This document shows positions 35,954 to 48,400 of a DNA stretch of 63,824 nt, piece by piece. The translations under genes were made by a program, and so were the position numbers. Within the stretch, counting starts at the first letter, position 1. The number at the start of each line of letters is the position of its first letter. The stretch is from a virus (taxonomy: Duplodnaviria > Caudoviricetes), in IMG/VR virus record IMGVR_UViG_3300048061_000822, positions 1 through 63,824 of that record; one strand, given 5' to 3'. The notes below the pieces were generated by a model. That model did not search any database. It had not been told where the DNA came from and saw nothing but the letters and a program-made list of their open reading frames with translations.

Positions 35954-38449
35954 ATGGCTAAAGAAGAAAAACCAAAACCAAATGTCTACATAACCCCAAC
36001 GGGTTCACTGAGAATAAACCTAGAGGGTCTGACCGACTACTCACTTCGGTGGAAGTTACAGAAAGCACATGGTGCTACCGCGATGTCACTCACCACTACC
36101 CGCTCAGATCGGGAGTTGCTTACCAAGATGCTTGATGATTATGCATCCGGTAATCCTCACTACCTTATATCCGATGATGCAGCAGAGGCGATATCCGAAG
36201 CAGTTGACACATTAGGTCATATTCCTCCCCCTATCCTACCCCTTACGCCCTACGAGAAGTTGGGTGCCATTGATGACATTCAATATCTTGTCGCAAGTAA
36301 GACTGTGGGTAAGAAAGGTGATAAGGAATCTATCCATCTCACTAGAGGTTGTAGCTATAAAATTCTAGTCAGGGCATTGAGCTATCAAAAGTCATTTACT
36401 AGAAACAAAATGCACTACTCACCGAGGACGGGTACTACATATACCAAGCTACATGACTGTCAGCTTGAGGGTAAGGATACAGTGTTCAATGTCTATGATG
36501 ACAATAGTGTCAATTGGTCATTCAGAGAACATGCTGATAATACCTTTGAGCTATCCGATCGGGATGTATGGAAGTACTTTGACGAGCCGGATATATCAAC
36601 TATCAAGGAGACCAACCCTGATGATTATGAGCGTAATGCTGAGATGCTTGACTGGATGGAAGATATCGGTGGGTTCAAGTATTTCCCTGGTCAGCGTGAG
36701 TACCTCTCTCGTTTCTCCATCCTTGACTCAGGTGGTTGTTGTATTGAGACGGGTGGCGGTAAGACCTTAGCGGCATTCACCTTGTACTATCTCAAGCAGG
36801 CAAAGCGTGCGTGCTTTATTGTACCCAAGGGTACTAGTGTGGGTGAGGAGGGCAAAAAGCAGAAGTTCGACAATGCACCTCAATGGTTCAAGGAAGCTGA
36901 GAAGTTTGCACCTGATACTCCTGTATACAAATTATTCTCCAAGGAGGATTACTACAACCTACTCGATGAGAATGGCAAGTTACCCACGGGTATTTTCATC
37001 ACATATCCATCTGCCATGTTCAATAATGATAAAGCATTTGAGAATATGCCCAAGACCAAGAAGTGGAAGGAACTAGATGGCGAGGAATTATTCTGCAAGA
37101 AATATAATATTCCATTCAAGCCTGAGTATGGCATTCGATATACCACAGGTATTGGTGACGAGATAAATGGTTTCCATTGTATTGCCACTCCATCCCTTTC
37201 CACTTTGTGCAAGAGTCAATTCGATATGGTCATGCTCGATGAGGCACACCTTATCTGTAATCCAAATACCAATACCACTCAGGGTATTCTTCGTATGCAA
37301 CCAAGGTACAGGTATGCAATGACTGCCACTCCTATTACAAATATGTGTTACAATATATTTCCAATCATTGGTTGGTTGGCAGTTGATAACTGGAGGTATG
37401 AGCGTAGGCGTAACAATCGATGGCACTATGGACTAGAAGAGTTGGGTAGATTCAAATCTGCTCATGTCTCCAAGGAGCGTGACCTAACTGCTGAGGCAGA
37501 TGCTCACAAGGCTGGCGAGAACCCTCCATCACCCAAGGACAGTCCTGCTATTTCTCAGGTACCCAAGTTACTTTACTTACTACGCAAAACAATAGCTTAT
37601 ATGTCCAAGCAGGATATCAATCCTGACATGGTTAAGTGTAACCTAAATGTTGTTAAAGTCCCAATGGGTGAGCAACAACATGGGTTATACTCTCATTACT
37701 TACAGCGTAAGAATATTCCCATTGAGAATCCATTAGCCAAGGCAATGACTCAACAGACATATCTCAGAGGTGTATGCTCTGACCCTGCCACTGTTTCCTA
37801 CAATGATGTGGAGGGTAAGATTGTTACATCAAATTATAATTCCAAGACGGTATCCATTCTTAATCTGATATGCGACAATGTTCACAAGGGTGAACAGGTA
37901 GTGTTTGTTTCTGCCCGAAATGGTCAGATCGATGAGATGAAGAGAAGACTAGAGGATTCAGATATCAAATGCTCTATGATTCGTGGTGATGTCAAGGACC
38001 AGTCGGGTCAGGCATCAATGTTCAAGGCAGGCATGACTCAGGTGCTACTACTCAATATCTATTGTGCCGAGGCACATAGCTTTGGTAACTGTTCTCAGCT
38101 TATCATCGGTGCCCTTGAATGGAGTTATGGTAAGTATGCACAGGCTTGCGGTAGGATTTACAGACTAGATAGTCCTAAGGATTGCACCGTCAATGTTGTC
38201 CTTCATGAAAACACCATTGAGGAGCTACTCTTTGAGAAAGTAGCAAGCAAGGAAGATGGTGCAACTGTTTGCCTCAAGGGTGAGCATGGCGACCCCGAGC
38301 ACAAGATAGTGGATCCGGGTGAAATCCTTGCCGAACACTTTCAGAATTTTACCTCCAAAGGTCAGCACGATGTGATGAATGAGGAGGAATGTGAAAACCA
38401 ATGGCCTGAGTTACAGGCAAAACTAAAAGGAGATACAATACTATGCTAA
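35954..38449 (+). CDS. SNF2-family helicase/ATPase
   Basis: ETGGGKT, LDEAH, MTATP, QACGRIYR, TIEE. Confidence 0.88.
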   Translation: MAKEEKPKPNVYITPTGSLRINLEGLTDYSLRWKLQKAHGATAMSLTTTRSDRELLTKMLDDYASGNPHYLISDDAAEAISEAVDTLGHIPPPILPLTPYEKLGAIDDIQYLVASKTVGKKGDKESIHLTRGCSYKILVRALSYQKSFTRNKMHYSPRTGTTYTKLHDCQLEGKDTVFNVYDDNSVNWSFREHADNTFELSDRDVWKYFDEPDISTIKETNPDDYERNAEMLDWMEDIGGFKYFPGQREYLSRFSILDSGGCCIETGGGKTLAAFTLYYLKQAKRACFIVPKGTSVGEEGKKQKFDNAPQWFKEAEKFAPDTPVYKLFSKEDYYNLLDENGKLPTGIFITYPSAMFNNDKAFENMPKTKKWKELDGEELFCKKYNIPFKPEYGIRYTTGIGDEINGFHCIATPSLSTLCKSQFDMVMLDEAHLICNPNTNTTQGILRMQPRYRYAMTATPITNMCYNIFPIIGWLAVDNWRYERRRNNRWHYGLEELGRFKSAHVSKERDLTAEADAHKAGENPPSPKDSPAISQVPKLLYLLRKTIAYMSKQDINPDMVKCNLNVVKVPMGEQQHGLYSHYLQRKNIPIENPLAKAMTQQTYLRGVCSDPATVSYNDVEGKIVTSNYNSKTVSILNLICDNVHKGEQVVFVSARNGQIDEMKRRLEDSDIKCSMIRGDVKDQSGQASMFKAGMTQVLLLNIYCAEAHSFGNCSQLIIGALEWSYGKYAQACGRIYRLDSPKDCTVNVVLHENTIEELLFEKVASKEDGATVCLKGEHGDPEHKIVDPGEILAEHFQNFTSKGQHDVMNEEECENQWPELQAKLKGDTILC

Positions 38450-38784
38450 TAAGCGATAATGTAAAAGAAGACATCAATAAACTGATACCATTTCTAGAGT
38501 ATGCAGCTAGTGAAGATACAGCGTATTGCGAAGACTACCGACCGGAGAATGGTATACTACATAACCACTGCGGTTGTGTTGCATATGTAATACAAAATAT
38601 GTTTGGAGGCGAACTTATGGGAGCCAAGAATCATATATGGAATCGCATTGAAGATATTGAATACGATGCAACCAAGGGTGATTTAATACCATCATATAAT
38701 GGTCATAAGTTGCCTGAAAGAAAAACAATCAACCCAAGATTCAAGGTGTTTGAAGAGAGGGTTAATAGCCAACTAAACCAATAA
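38443..38784 (+). CDS. YunG-like protein
   Basis: HCGCVAYVIQNMFGGEL...HIWNRI...YDAT. Confidence 0.55.
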   Translation: MLISDNVKEDINKLIPFLEYAASEDTAYCEDYRPENGILHNHCGCVAYVIQNMFGGELMGAKNHIWNRIEDIEYDATKGDLIPSYNGHKLPERKTINPRFKVFEERVNSQLNQ

Positions 38785-38788
38785 GACA

Positions 38789-39136
38789 ATGGATAATGAT
38801 AAACCAGGGGCCGGATGGGGAACTGAAGCGGAAGTATCAATAGAGTACGATAATGACAATTATTATCTACTCACCTGGGATGACCCTAGCTGTATGGAAA
38901 TCAGAAACACTAATCAAGTTATAGCTGCGCTTGCTACAAGTTTAGCAGAGGGTGAATATAGTTGGCAGATGCACAATAAAGGAAATGAACCTGATGCATC
39001 TAGGGATATCAAGGTACTCATGGATTGGCTTAATGCAGAGCAAGATGGAGCCGAACGATTCCCCTCAAATAACTTCATATCTGATGATTGCGGATATGTT
39101 TGGATAAGAAGAATACTAACTAAATACGAGGATTAA
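38789..39136 (+). CDS. Hypothetical protein
   Basis: 115-aa ORF. Confidence 0.5.
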   Translation: MDNDKPGAGWGTEAEVSIEYDNDNYYLLTWDDPSCMEIRNTNQVIAALATSLAEGEYSWQMHNKGNEPDASRDIKVLMDWLNAEQDGAERFPSNNFISDDCGYVWIRRILTKYED

Positions 39137-39138
39137 TT

Positions 39139-39417
39139 ATGAGAAACCCTGAAAAATATTGGACTGACAGTGCTACTAAGGCATTAGTCGGTAGAAAGAT
39201 AGTCAAGGTTCAGTACATGACTAAAGATAACGCAAAGGAATCAGATTGGTTTCAAAGACCAATATTCCTGATACTAGATGATGGTTCTTTCCTGTTCCCC
39301 CAATCAGATGATGAGGGGAATGATGGAGGAGCATTAGGTCATTCATCACCTGACGAAAAACTAAACGAGGATGGATATTACCATCAACCTATATACCCAG
39401 TACTAAGAACCCATTAA
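39139..39417 (+). CDS. Phage hypothetical protein
   Basis: LVGRKIVKV.YM...PQSDDEGNDGGAL. Confidence 0.6.
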   Translation: MRNPEKYWTDSATKALVGRKIVKVQYMTKDNAKESDWFQRPIFLILDDGSFLFPQSDDEGNDGGALGHSSPDEKLNEDGYYHQPIYPVLRTH

Positions 39418-39419
39418 TT

Positions 39420-39767
39420 ATGAAAATAGTAAAACAACACAAAAATAGATCCGTCCATTCTGAGGAGTTTGGAATATTCTCAGGCAAGACATTGGCTGAT
39501 ATTAAAGTAGGTATTAATGAAACCGGATGCACTCACGGAGGTACTAATGACATGATTGACTATATTAAGGTAGGTGACACAAGTCATGGAGCATTCCTTT
39601 GGTTTGATGATATACAGGAAGCTGAAATACTTGGCAGGAAACTTATTGAGTATGCTGAGGAAGCTGAGTCCAGATTATGGAAGGCAAATGAAGAAGCTCG
39701 TTACGGTGACTGCGAAGATGCTGATGCTGAAGCTAGAGCACAGGAAGAAAGGTCTCGGAGGGAATGA
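39420..39767 (+). CDS. Hypothetical protein
   Basis: 115-aa ORF. Confidence 0.5.
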   Translation: MKIVKQHKNRSVHSEEFGIFSGKTLADIKVGINETGCTHGGTNDMIDYIKVGDTSHGAFLWFDDIQEAEILGRKLIEYAEEAESRLWKANEEARYGDCEDADAEARAQEERSRRE

Positions 39768-40204
39768 ACGAATGCTTACAAGTAGATGATGAGATATTTA
39801 ATGATAAATATTCTTTTGTTATATGTCCGAGAAGTAAAAAGCTATACAAAGAACCTAATTGGATTCGGACTTTCAACCCTAAGCATATACATAGTTACTA
39901 CTCCGCTGACACTATTGCTGAAAAAGGTACTGCTAGAATATGGAAATATAATAATAAGTGCTATATAGTTACATCTTGGTATAACGGACCTAAGTGCGTT
40001 GAGGTAGTTCCATTTTGCTCATCTATGCCAAATCGAAAGTACGGAGAGGAATTAACTGACTGCATTATGGATTATTATAATTCTAAAAATTTTTACACTG
40101 GCATGAAAATAAAATCAGGTAAGAATTTTTATATATGCAATGGAAAGAACTATCTAATCAAAAGCAGTAGTCAGCAATTAGAATTGACTGACCTAACATA
40201 TTAG
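39764..40204 (+). CDS. Hypothetical protein (AT-rich)
   Basis: ATGA-coupled, 146 aa. Confidence 0.5.
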   Translation: MNECLQVDDEIFNDKYSFVICPRSKKLYKEPNWIRTFNPKHIHSYYSADTIAEKGTARIWKYNNKCYIVTSWYNGPKCVEVVPFCSSMPNRKYGEELTDCIMDYYNSKNFYTGMKIKSGKNFYICNGKNYLIKSSSQQLELTDLTY

Positions 40205-40208
40205 TACA
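40189..40208. promoter_or_regulatory. 20-bp palindromic motif copy (TGACCTAA-CATA-TTAGTACA)
   Basis: 11 bp upstream of the second integrase ATG. Confidence 0.65.
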
Positions 40209-40219
40209 CAAAGTATCAC

Positions 40220-41275
40220 ATGAAGTTAATTAAGACCACTAAGGGTTATTCCGTTCGCTATAAAACTGAGTTTGGTGTCCGAACCACCAGGCTCAATTCC
40301 ACCAACGAGAGGGATGCAAAGAAGGAAGTTAAAGATTCTAAGATTGCAGAACTTGAAGCTGCAGCTAATGCAGGAGCGTTAACATTGGATGTTATTGCAA
40401 AGATGATGTCAGGACGAAACATGACATGTCAAGACGCACTAGATGAGTGGAATGAATGGAGAAAGTCTGAGGGTAAATCCCTAAATACAATCAATGGACA
40501 GACAGACTTTATTAATTTGTTTTGCAAGAAGCACTACGGGATGAACAAACCCGTGAATGGAATTAACCATAAACTAATATCCAAATGGATTAATAGCCCA
40601 AAGGAAAAAGTTGGGGTATCCACTAGGAATGCTTGGTTGTCTGCCATGTCTGCGTTCCTATCATTCTGCTCAACCCGACAATACATACCAAAGAATCCTG
40701 CGAGTATCGTTGCAGTTAACATGGGAAAATTGAGTCATGAGCAAAAAGAAAAGAAGAAAGTCGTACCTTTCACCAAGAAAGAATATGACAAGATTATGAA
40801 GGAAGCAGTTGATTGCTTTAGGAATGATGCAGTTGGTGAATTTTGGAAGGTTGCATGTTCCATGTCTTATTGGTTGGGTCTTCGCCTTGGTGACATCATT
40901 AATTTTGAATGGAGTTCAATTAAAGGAAGTAAGATAATTGTATGGACTGAAAAGAAAGACTCTCGTGTTGAGCTTCCATTCAATCATGAACTAACCGGAG
41001 GTGATATAATTGCCAAGTGCTTTGCGGGTGTACCTATTGATGATGACAAGTATATGTTCTCAAGAGAATACAGGGATAAAATAAACAACCCAAAGAAAAG
41101 ACATTACTTTAGCCAACAATTCAAAGAACTAATGAATAGACTAGAAATTGAAGGCAAGTCATTCCATTGCTTTCGTCATGCCTTCGCCACTAGGCATAAG
41201 AATCTACCAATCGAAGAGGTAGCTAAGATGCTAGGTCATAAAAGCACCAAGACAACCAAGGGCTACACACACTAG
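40220..41275 (+). CDS. Second tyrosine recombinase/integrase
   Basis: GLRLGD, EKK, FHCFRH, LGH, KGY: complete R-K-HxxR-H-Y set. Confidence 0.9.
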   Translation: MKLIKTTKGYSVRYKTEFGVRTTRLNSTNERDAKKEVKDSKIAELEAAANAGALTLDVIAKMMSGRNMTCQDALDEWNEWRKSEGKSLNTINGQTDFINLFCKKHYGMNKPVNGINHKLISKWINSPKEKVGVSTRNAWLSAMSAFLSFCSTRQYIPKNPASIVAVNMGKLSHEQKEKKKVVPFTKKEYDKIMKEAVDCFRNDAVGEFWKVACSMSYWLGLRLGDIINFEWSSIKGSKIIVWTEKKDSRVELPFNHELTGGDIIAKCFAGVPIDDDKYMFSREYRDKINNPKKRHYFSQQFKELMNRLEIEGKSFHCFRHAFATRHKNLPIEEVAKMLGHKSTKTTKGYTH

Positions 41276-41508
41276 CGTTTCCTTTTAGGCTGAATACTTC
41301 TATTCTTCTTTTTGCTTACGCAACGAACGGGTCCAGTTAGCTTACCCTTCCTCTTGCCTTTGACATGATGTGCTTCTTGTCCTTTAGGGCATTTAGCTTT
41401 CTTAGCATCTTTGTTTCGCTTTGCTCGCCTAGCCTTTTGCTCTTTCGTTCCGTGATACTTATACTCTGAGTTTGGTGCTCCCTTTTTATATATTCTTTTC
41501 TTTCTCAT
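41272..41508 (-). CDS. Small basic HNH-like protein
   Basis: EY.YHG..EQ..RRA.RN...HH...VS...NRS. Confidence 0.55.
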   Translation of the reverse strand: MRKKRIYKKGAPNSEYKYHGTKEQKARRAKRNKDAKKAKCPKGQEAHHVKGKRKGKLTGPVRCVSKKKNRSIQPKRKR

Positions 41509-42413
41509 TTTGCTCGTAATGCTTCTAGTATTGGTTTGCAGATTGTATCTCCATTTTTAGTTGTTTTATCTGCACTAAATCTTAACCACATTGCACCTGT
41601 TGGTTTTGGTGGGCCTCCCCTTTCAATGTGCCATCCACCATATCCATCTACATACTCTTCTTTGTAGGATGGAACCTTTAAGTGAAGTTGTTCATCATGG
41701 TGAATAGTGCCATGTGGAGTGAGCCGTATTCTAGGTATTGGAAATTGCCATTCATTGTGCGTATGTCCAGTAGCTACGATATGAGCATCGGGTAAATAAA
41801 CAGCCTGTCGGTTTGTTTGAATAACCCCTTTGGTTACAGGAGCATCTCCACCATATCCATGATGATACCATAAGTTCTTTGTTAGGCACTGACTGAATAC
41901 CACCAATTGAAACTTTATCCATCCACTATAACCGCCGACTTTTATATTTGATCCGTGCCTATCGTTAAGCATGGTAACTAATCTTTCTGTCAGGTTAGTC
42001 TCATGTCTTTTAGATATTGCAGTTTCATGATTACCAGGTGCCATGATTGCAAACAGATCCGCATAAGGACCGTAAAAATCTGCCGCAGTTGATACAAGTT
42101 TATCTAGGTAATCCCCTGTTTGATGCTCAGGTTTTAAATCTCTTTTATCTGACCTTGGGTCATACTTACCTTGCATCGCACAAAATAAGTCACCACCATC
42201 TATAATAATTGCTTTTCTTTTTCTGGCTAACTCCAGATGTCTCTTCTCCATCAGATTATCAGATTTTGGATTATCATGATGTCGGTCAAATGAAAGTAGC
42301 ACCCAGAAGGAATCTTTCTCTTGTGTGCTTTTTAATTGATGTTTTATAAAATGTACATTTCTACTCTTCTCTGTGACTTGAGTAGCTCCGGGGGGTAGTT
42401 TTTTTACGGGCAT
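41505..42413 (-). CDS. Calcineurin-like metallophosphoesterase
   Basis: DRH, GGD, PGNHE, HHG, GHTH. Confidence 0.85.
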   Translation of the reverse strand: MPVKKLPPGATQVTEKSRNVHFIKHQLKSTQEKDSFWVLLSFDRHHDNPKSDNLMEKRHLELARKRKAIIIDGGDLFCAMQGKYDPRSDKRDLKPEHQTGDYLDKLVSTAADFYGPYADLFAIMAPGNHETAISKRHETNLTERLVTMLNDRHGSNIKVGGYSGWIKFQLVVFSQCLTKNLWYHHGYGGDAPVTKGVIQTNRQAVYLPDAHIVATGHTHNEWQFPIPRIRLTPHGTIHHDEQLHLKVPSYKEEYVDGYGGWHIERGGPPKPTGAMWLRFSADKTTKNGDTICKPILEALRAK

Positions 42414-42416
42414 AAT

Positions 42417-45400
42417 TTAAAATGCTAGGGATTGTTTTACTATATCATCGTATGACATCGGTTTTGTTGATGCACTATCCGTGACTATCATTGGTAAAGG
42501 ATTTGCTTTTAATTCAATTGAATCTAATAAAATGTGTTCAAATTTTTTGTGCATTGATTCTGCACGTCTTAAAGAATTAGCTTGTTCTGCAGTAAAGACA
42601 TTTAGAACTTTACTCCACTCATCATCTGATAACGTATATCTAGATAATCCACTTTTAAGAGTTCTCCTCTTGTATGATTGTAGTACTGATTTCTCAGGGT
42701 CTGCGTCACCTCGTTCGATTGCGGCTAAGACTGCCTGACTGTATGCTTCCTGAAATAATTTTTCATCATTTGCATATGCAGCTTGTTCCATTTTTCTAAT
42801 ATGGACTGAAAATGGAGTCGCCCTAAATCCTCCTGATACTGCTGGTCTTCTCTCAATCTCAAGTGTTGACAATGCGGCACGGACTTTATTTCGATTTCCA
42901 ATCATGTCGGACACTCTTCTTTCAATGGTATCAATACCCATCAAATTCGTAATCGCCTGCTGGGTTTGAAGAAATCCATTACCGCCCATGGAGTAAAGAA
43001 GTGGTCTGATAACCAAGTTATAATCCAATGACCTACTATGGTATGCGTTTTTAAACGCATCCATCGTATTAATGATTGTAGCCATGCCCAGTATTCTAGT
43101 ATCTAAAGAGAATCCTCGCTGAGATGCATATGGGTCTACTTGGGATACCATACTAGCAACAAAGTCTCCTGCGATACCTCCAATATTTCCTGCACGAGAA
43201 AGTCTCTCAATCATTGCAAGAGCATTTCCTTTTGCATCACCTTCAATAAAAGGTCCAAAGATTGGAATCATGGTTGACAGAGGAGCAGGACGAAGAGAAG
43301 AAGTTTTTCCTAATATCTCCTCATCATATTCATCCATTCCAAAAGTAAATGCCATACCAACAGGGGTGAGCCATAATCCCATTACGCTTAATGCTCTTAA
43401 TGATGCCTTGAGTGTAATCTCACTTGTCTGCTCATCCCTGAATGCCTCATTTACTTGATTAACCTTAGAGAATGACCAAGAAAGTAGAGGTGCAATATAC
43501 TTACCCCATTCATTTGTATACCAAAATGCTGACCTTGATGTAAAGCCACCCTCCATTGCAACATTATGTAATCCAATTGAACTAACTGCGAGTGCTTGGT
43601 CTTGGGTGAGTGCCAAAGTTTCACCTTTTGACTTTCTTTCAATATATTGATGAGCAAGGTCGCTAATTGTGCCTAACCCTCTTAATTCAATTTGATTATT
43701 AATGTAATTCCACATCGACTCACTTCCAAGAATCACTTCTCCTGTTGCAGATTTTGTCTCAAGTCCAAGATTCTCCGCAGTGACTTGATAAGTCGCAGGG
43801 ATTGGTTGACCCGTTCTCTTTGCAGATTGCTCAATGAAATCCGCAGCTTGCTTCACAAGCATATCGACTGCCTGTACGGTGCCTACACCAATCGAGTGAT
43901 TAGCTAAGTTACCTAAGTAGGTAAAAATATTAAGGAACATCGTACGCAATGAAAAAGGTGCGTAGGTCTGCCCCTCTTTTACGGGCGTATATTGTAAAGT
44001 ATTTTTTAATTGCCTTAATCCATCCATCTTAAATATTTCAAGTAAGCTCGCTTGCTTGGATGCATTAGCACCTAAATTTAATCTGTAATTATTATAACCC
44101 ACTTCATGCTCAGATGTATGAAAGTAAAAATCATTTAATTGTTTTGCATATTCACTGGTCAATCTGAGTTGTGAACCCATTCTTTCAAGCAGGGGACCAA
44201 ATACATTTCCAAATACATTTTTTAATGCAGTGGAAAATGCTTTTCTTGAAAATTTATTACCCCCTTTGTAAACCAAAGGTATATCAAAAAGAGATAGTAA
44301 ATTAGTCAGTCCACTTTTTGTTTGATTAAGTATAAGAAATGCATTCGTGCCAAGAAGTTCAAGAGCAACCTTATGGTCTTTGTATGGTCCAATATCTCCT
44401 TCTAGATGAGCTTTTAAGCTTTTTTCTGCAGTGTGGAAATTCTTTAACTGCCTAGCTGCAGCTTCAAGATTCTTTAATTTTTCCATACCTGTCTCACCAG
44501 GAATGTCTTCCATTCCCGCAGCTAGGTCTGCCGCTCTTTTTCTAAAACTACGCTTAAAAGTAAGTGGTACAGAGCTTGATGTCTTAACACCAAGTGCATC
44601 TGCAATATCGGTCAATTTCTCCCTCTTTTCATTAAGTTCTGCCTTTAGTTTGTCCTTTAATGCTGTGAGTTTTTCTGCATTTTTACCATAAATTCCATTG
44701 CCCAATATTTGAGCCAATTGAATGGGCATATCAATCTCAGTGTATGATTCATACTGAAGGAATTCCACGGGCATAATTGTCTGAGTAGATCGACTATCCA
44801 TCAATCTATGTGCCAATGCGTATGCCTTATTATCCATATTGCTTCCTGAATCACTTACTGCCTCCTCAAGATTTCTAAATCTTTTGTAAAATGCATTGGC
44901 TACATTATACTTGAACTTTAAATAATCAGTTCGTTTTTTATTATGAGGTACACTTTCATATAAAATATCAATAAATGATTTAAACTTTTGATGACCTTGT
45001 CCGGTGGATTGTGCCCATGCTTTTCTTAAATATGATTTAGGAATCTTTCCATCTTTTGAAAGTGGTGCAGGAATAAAATTAATTATTGATGTATCAAAAA
45101 TGTATGGGCGAATAAATCTGTCCAGGGTGGAATCAGTAATACCATCTTCAAAGTATGCATCTATAGCTTCCTCTTTTCTTTTTTCAGTTAGTGAATCATT
45201 TTGGTATGCTTTTTTAACATCTTCCCATCCCTCGAGATTGCCCAAACCCGAACTTAATTCATTAACAATACCTAGTACATAATTGGATCTAATTTTTCTG
45301 CCTGATGTTTGGTATCCTCTTTTTATTGCGTCTCGGGAAAGACCTTCAAATTCACCTTCAACAATTCTACTTTCCACTAATACTCTATTGGCACCTTTGT

Positions 45401-48400
45401 CCTGACTTACCTTAACATTATATTCCTGTGCTAAATCCAAGAAGAAACCTGATATAATCTTAGACTGTTCTAGTAGTTTTTGAAGAGTATCTCTAGCTTC
45501 ACTTTCACTAGTAATTGCATCTTTGTTTTTAACCAAGGACATTGCTTTATTAAATGTACCCTCGTCAAATTTTACTTTTTCATTTATTTGGGGTTGGTCT
45601 TCATTCCACTTTAATACCTTGTCATAAAAATCCAAAAACATCCGGTAATCAGTGTATCCCCATGCTTTAGTGGCATTGATTAACCTTCTATTCCATAGCT
45701 TACCAAACCTTCTTGCTCTGGATACATGCTTTCTATATGCGATATCAAATCGGAGTTCCAATTGTGCTATTTCCTTACCTAATCTCCCCTGTTCAGCAAA
45801 CATTGCCTGAGCCGACTTCAACCACCACATATTTAATCTACCCTGTGCTTCTTTGTGCTGTGGTTGGAGGGTAGCTGCATCTGCAGCTAAGGTTGCCTGT
45901 CTTATATATTGAAACTCAGCAGTACCTTGAATCTTTTCATTATTCTTATCTGTTAAATACTCCCTGTTTTTCTGCCTTGATATTACAAATTCATTTAGGT
46001 TTTCAGGTATAAGTTTATTATTAAGTTTAATATCAATGTAATCGATTTCGTACTTATCTCCCACCTTGGACATTACAGGAAACTTTAATCCGTCTACAAT
46101 GTGAGTAATCGGACTATGGCCCAAGTAGGTCTGCATTCTGTTCGAGTTCATATCATAACTCTTAATCAGTGCTAAGTACACTTGGTTATCCCTAAGCAAA
46201 TCTTCTGACTCCTGTACTTTCTCCAGGTACTTAATTCGCTTATCTATAAATGCATTTAATATCCCCTTCTCTTCTTCCTTGCCTGACAATAAAGATTCAG
46301 ATGGATTCTTTCCTTTGATTACTTTTAACTGATCAATTGTTGACTTGCTCAGACTTTCTAGCTTTGCCAATGTAGACCTTTTCCCTTGGAAATCACTACT
46401 TGTGGATAGCTTTGCTTCATACACGCTTTTCTTATTATTATGTATGGCAGATGCTATTACTATGTATTCGTTTTTAGAAACTTTTTGTCCGACACTTATT
46501 ATATTATATATGTCATTATAGGATAATTCCTGTATGTCATCTTTTTTACTGACCTGTAATACTAGGTCAGATAAGAATGATGGACTGAGCTTTCTAATAT
46601 TTCCCATAAGCTCAGTAAACTCATTTGATACCCTGTCCTCTCCAGTGATTTCTTTATATGCCTGTAATGTAGCCGAACTACCTGTGTCAATCTCACCATT
46701 GTCCTCAAGTATTTCCTGTCTTGTTTCTTGAGCGTAGTATGCAACTTGATTACTTATCTTATCCCCTTGAGTTGCACGATTAAATATAATCGCAGGGTCA
46801 GGTTTAATTTCACTTTCAAGTGTAAGAATTTCTGAAGCTAAACTATTGGGCTGATTTTCATCCAACTGATCCATGTTATTGGAAAGTGCTTCTTTTGCTT
46901 GCTTCTTTCTTTTTTCAATCAATCCAAGTGCGAGCACTCTTGCTTCCTGAACCATACCCTCATTGTTTTTCAATGCTTCTAGGGTTATGCTTTCTATATT
47001 CTGATAAGACTTTGTCTTTTCTTTTATATATTGAATAGGTGTCTTGCCGGATGATAAATATATCCTGTACACATCTTCCACGCTTAAGTCTGGAGTTTTT
47101 AAAATTCTACGAATATCCTCCATCGCTTGTGATGTGGATGCTAACTCCTCACTCCTGGAGGCTACTTGCATCTTTGCAAGTGCTATTTCATTTGCTTCTC
47201 TATTTAAAGATTGAGTAGTATTTGGATTTTCCTCTTCCGCATATACATCCTCCATTAACTGACCCTTGCCAAAATATTTCTTTATCCCCTTATCCATGGC
47301 AAGGGTTTGAAATTCAATTCTCTTATCTAAAGGTGTAGCATTATGCAAAGCATGGATATTATCAATCTCTCTTAAAGCAGTCTGGAATGGTATATCTGTA
47401 TGCTCTGCTATGTTATTAGCCAACTGAACATCTAAAGACCTTTCAGTTCCTTCCCATGATATATCTCTAGCTATAAGCCTGACTAGATATTTATTGCTTA
47501 CATTTGTAACCCTGACAATCTCTGGTTTTTCTTCCTGTTCTTCAATTGTTTCTTCACTCTCTTTTAATTTACCAAAGTCAAAAGTTAATTGATCTGACAT
47601 ATTGGAGGGAAGTAGGTCTCCTTTTTCATATGCCTCAATGGTGTTTTCATTTACCCACTTTTCAGAGTCGCCCAAATTTATTAAGTTATATGTATTGTCA
47701 CCATCTACCTTAACAATCGGTTGACCATTATCACCTTTGACCAATATGCCTAATCTACTAGGTACATTTTTAAATCTGATAATATTTCTTAGGTCATCTT
47801 TATCAGTTGTTTGATATGGTTCGTTGAATAAATTCGTGATTGTATATTCGCCCCCCGATTTTGTTACCTTTAGATTTGTGCGAGTCTCTCTCCTTACTCC
47901 ATCTAGTTCATCCTGCATTAATAAACGCTCACCATTTTGTAGGTTTTGTGCGAGCCGTTCATCAGGGATGGTGATGGTCATGAATTGCTCATTACGCTTT
48001 TCTTCTCTACCTAAATCATAATGTCGACTTTCAGCACCCTCTTCTAATTGAGGTTTTATATTTAAATACTTACCAAGTATTGCAGGCATAGAGCCATATG
48101 CATTAATAATTCCTTGAGTTTTTACACCATCGCTACCTACATAAGCATCATAGACTGAGCTAGGAGAACTTGAGACTATTGGATAAATTACATCCCCTCT
48201 TGTAAATACAACCTTATTAATTCTGTTAAGTGCAAGATACCTAATCAATGCCTTCATGTTGGCTAACTGATATGCATCTAGTAAAATATCATCTTTTACC
48301 AAATGTGTATTTTGCGCATTAAAGTCTTCAATAATCTGCTCGATACTTTCACCATTAGGATTCTTAAAAACAGTTTCTCCTCCAACATCTTTAATCCAGT

